The notes under the pieces: model-generated | The model's database searches: none | Told to the model about the DNA's origin: nothing | What the model saw: only the letters and a program-made list of their open reading frames with translations | Translations under genes and position numbers: made by a program | Shown: positions 59,205 through 60,683 of the stretch, piece after piece | Numbering within the stretch: position 1 is the first letter of the stretch | Layout of the letters: every line of letters begins with the position of its first letter | Source: an uncultured bacterium | GTDB lineage: Bacteria > CAYUVA01 | Assembly: GCA_964448115.1 (NCBI GenBank) | Contig: CAYUVA010000025.1 | Span: 1 to 60,683, forward strand | Direction of reading: 5' to 3' | DNA length: 60,683 nucleotides

Positions 59205-60620
59205 ATGTCCAATCACATTAAAGCTACAGCTCTTATATTCCTCATCACCCTGGCGGTTTACTCGTATTGCCTGATCCCTGGAGCAATGTGGGGCGATGGA
59301 GCTGATCTAGCCCTCAGTTGTAAATTCTTGATACCAGCCCACTCAACTGGGTATCCTTGGTATATAATGCTCGGATACCTTTTGGGATTGCTTCCCTTTG
59401 GTGATATTGCTTATCGAGTTGGCTTACTTAGTGCGTTTTTCGCTTCCATCGCCTCGGCATTATTCTTCCAGCTCCTATGCCGTGAGACCAGTTGGGGCAT
59501 AACTCCCTGGTTGGGAGCGCTGTTACTAGCCGGGAATCCTATCTTCTGGATGCAGGCGATTCGCCAGGAGGTATATACCTTAAACTCCCTGCTGCTGATA
59601 ATTTTAATTTATATACTTCGATGGGGCAGGTATTCGCCGGCGACCTGGGTTCTTATCGGAGGATTTCTCTACGGATTAGCCTTGAGTCACCATGTATCGA
59701 TCTTGTTATCTTTTCCCTTTATTCTCTATCTGTATCTTCGTCGTCGAGCCATGTTTTTCGCCTATCTGCTGTTTTTTACAGCCGCAGTTGCGGGCTTTTG
59801 CACCCACCTATTCACTATCATAAGAGCTAGCAGCATCGAGTGCATGAGCTTCCGGGAACTGGATAGCCTGGCAGCGATCCTGCGCCATATTAGTGGCATC
59901 GGCTTTAGCGGAAATGTCTTGGGATCTACTTGGGATCGAGGCATCATGCAAGGCATCCTGGACTATCTAGGCATCGCGGTGAATAACCTGACCGTTTTCG
60001 GGGTAGGCTGCCTGCTGGTAGGGATGATAGCCATGGTCAAGCAGAGGCAATGGTTTTATGTGATCCTTTTCGTGCCTTACGCTTTGGCTGCCATGTTTTA
60101 CAGGGTAATCGACTTCTATGAGTTCTACACGCCGTCCTATATCGCAGGCATATTGATAATCGCAAAGGGCGCTGAGGAGCTTGCAGCAAAGTTTAGCGAT
60201 CATCCGAGTGTGAAACCTGCGATGATTATCGGGATTATTTTGCTAATGATATCGCTATTCTCACTTATGAATTACATTGATCTATGGGATGCTGAAAAGC
60301 CGGTTATCAACTATCGCTGGTATGATGAGCCTGCTATATCGACGCGCCAGGCATTGGATGAGCTACCCCCGCATAGCCTGCTTTTCGTCAACTGGCAGTA
60401 CGGGATGCCTGTTTACTATGCTATGTTCGTTGAACACAGAGGCATAATTGATTGCAATAATATAGTGATGCTGAATGACCTGCACAGAGAGAAAGCGATT
60501 CCGATTATTGAAGCGAACTACGGGGAATACAAGCTCTACAGCATGCTAGAGGATCTACCAGTTCCCGATGGTTTCAGGATAGAAACCAATAATCCCCCCT
60601 ATCGCATCGAAACACGATAG
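59205..60620 (+). CDS. DUF2723/TMEM260-like GT-C membrane protein (putative protein O-mannosyltransferase)
   Basis: WGDGADL, AHSTGYPWY, FWMQA..QEVY and SHH motifs; start moved to ATG 59205 to avoid overlap with PNP. Confidence 0.75.
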   Translation: MSNHIKATALIFLITLAVYSYCLIPGAMWGDGADLALSCKFLIPAHSTGYPWYIMLGYLLGLLPFGDIAYRVGLLSAFFASIASALFFQLLCRETSWGITPWLGALLLAGNPIFWMQAIRQEVYTLNSLLLIILIYILRWGRYSPATWVLIGGFLYGLALSHHVSILLSFPFILYLYLRRRAMFFAYLLFFTAAVAGFCTHLFTIIRASSIECMSFRELDSLAAILRHISGIGFSGNVLGSTWDRGIMQGILDYLGIAVNNLTVFGVGCLLVGMIAMVKQRQWFYVILFVPYALAAMFYRVIDFYEFYTPSYIAGILIIAKGAEELAAKFSDHPSVKPAMIIGIILLMISLFSLMNYIDLWDAEKPVINYRWYDEPAISTRQALDELPPHSLLFVNWQYGMPVYYAMFVEHRGIIDCNNIVMLNDLHREKAIPIIEANYGEYKLYSMLEDLPVPDGFRIETNNPPYRIETR

Positions 60621-60683
60621 TCTTTATTGTAACTGTTTAGCAACTGGAAGTGATCTTTCATTTTCCGCTTGATAAGGAATTTT

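Overview
Chromosomal window from a diderm bacterium (Pal/TolB/CpoB/BamA present), probably from a poorly characterised lineage. Housekeeping genes (tRNA-Arg(TCT), thiC, pheS-pheT-zapB-zapA, ribF, dnaX, moeA, tatA, trmO, bamA, tolB, cpoB, pal, rpe, purH, PNP) are mixed with many large secreted proteins carrying Pro/Thr-rich linkers, several GT-C-like membrane glycosyltransferases, and a low-GC methyltransferase plus putative endonuclease cassette. Main finding: three otherwise different secreted proteins (a double beta-propeller and two S8 proteases) share a ~105-aa terminal domain downstream of a P/T linker, a candidate lineage-specific sorting/anchoring domain possibly coupled to protein O-glycosylation. 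Other notable items: an S8 protease whose FN3-like domain seems to have its first segment moved to the extreme C-terminus; an orphan STAND-like NTPase fused to a degenerate sigma54-activator AAA+ domain; an internally duplicated citryl-CoA-lyase-like enzyme coupled to an IDH-family gene; a probable CTG start codon; and a 681+ codon gene missed by the ORF track. No CRISPR array, rRNA, transposase or integrase was seen. All calls come from manual motif reading; no searches were run.
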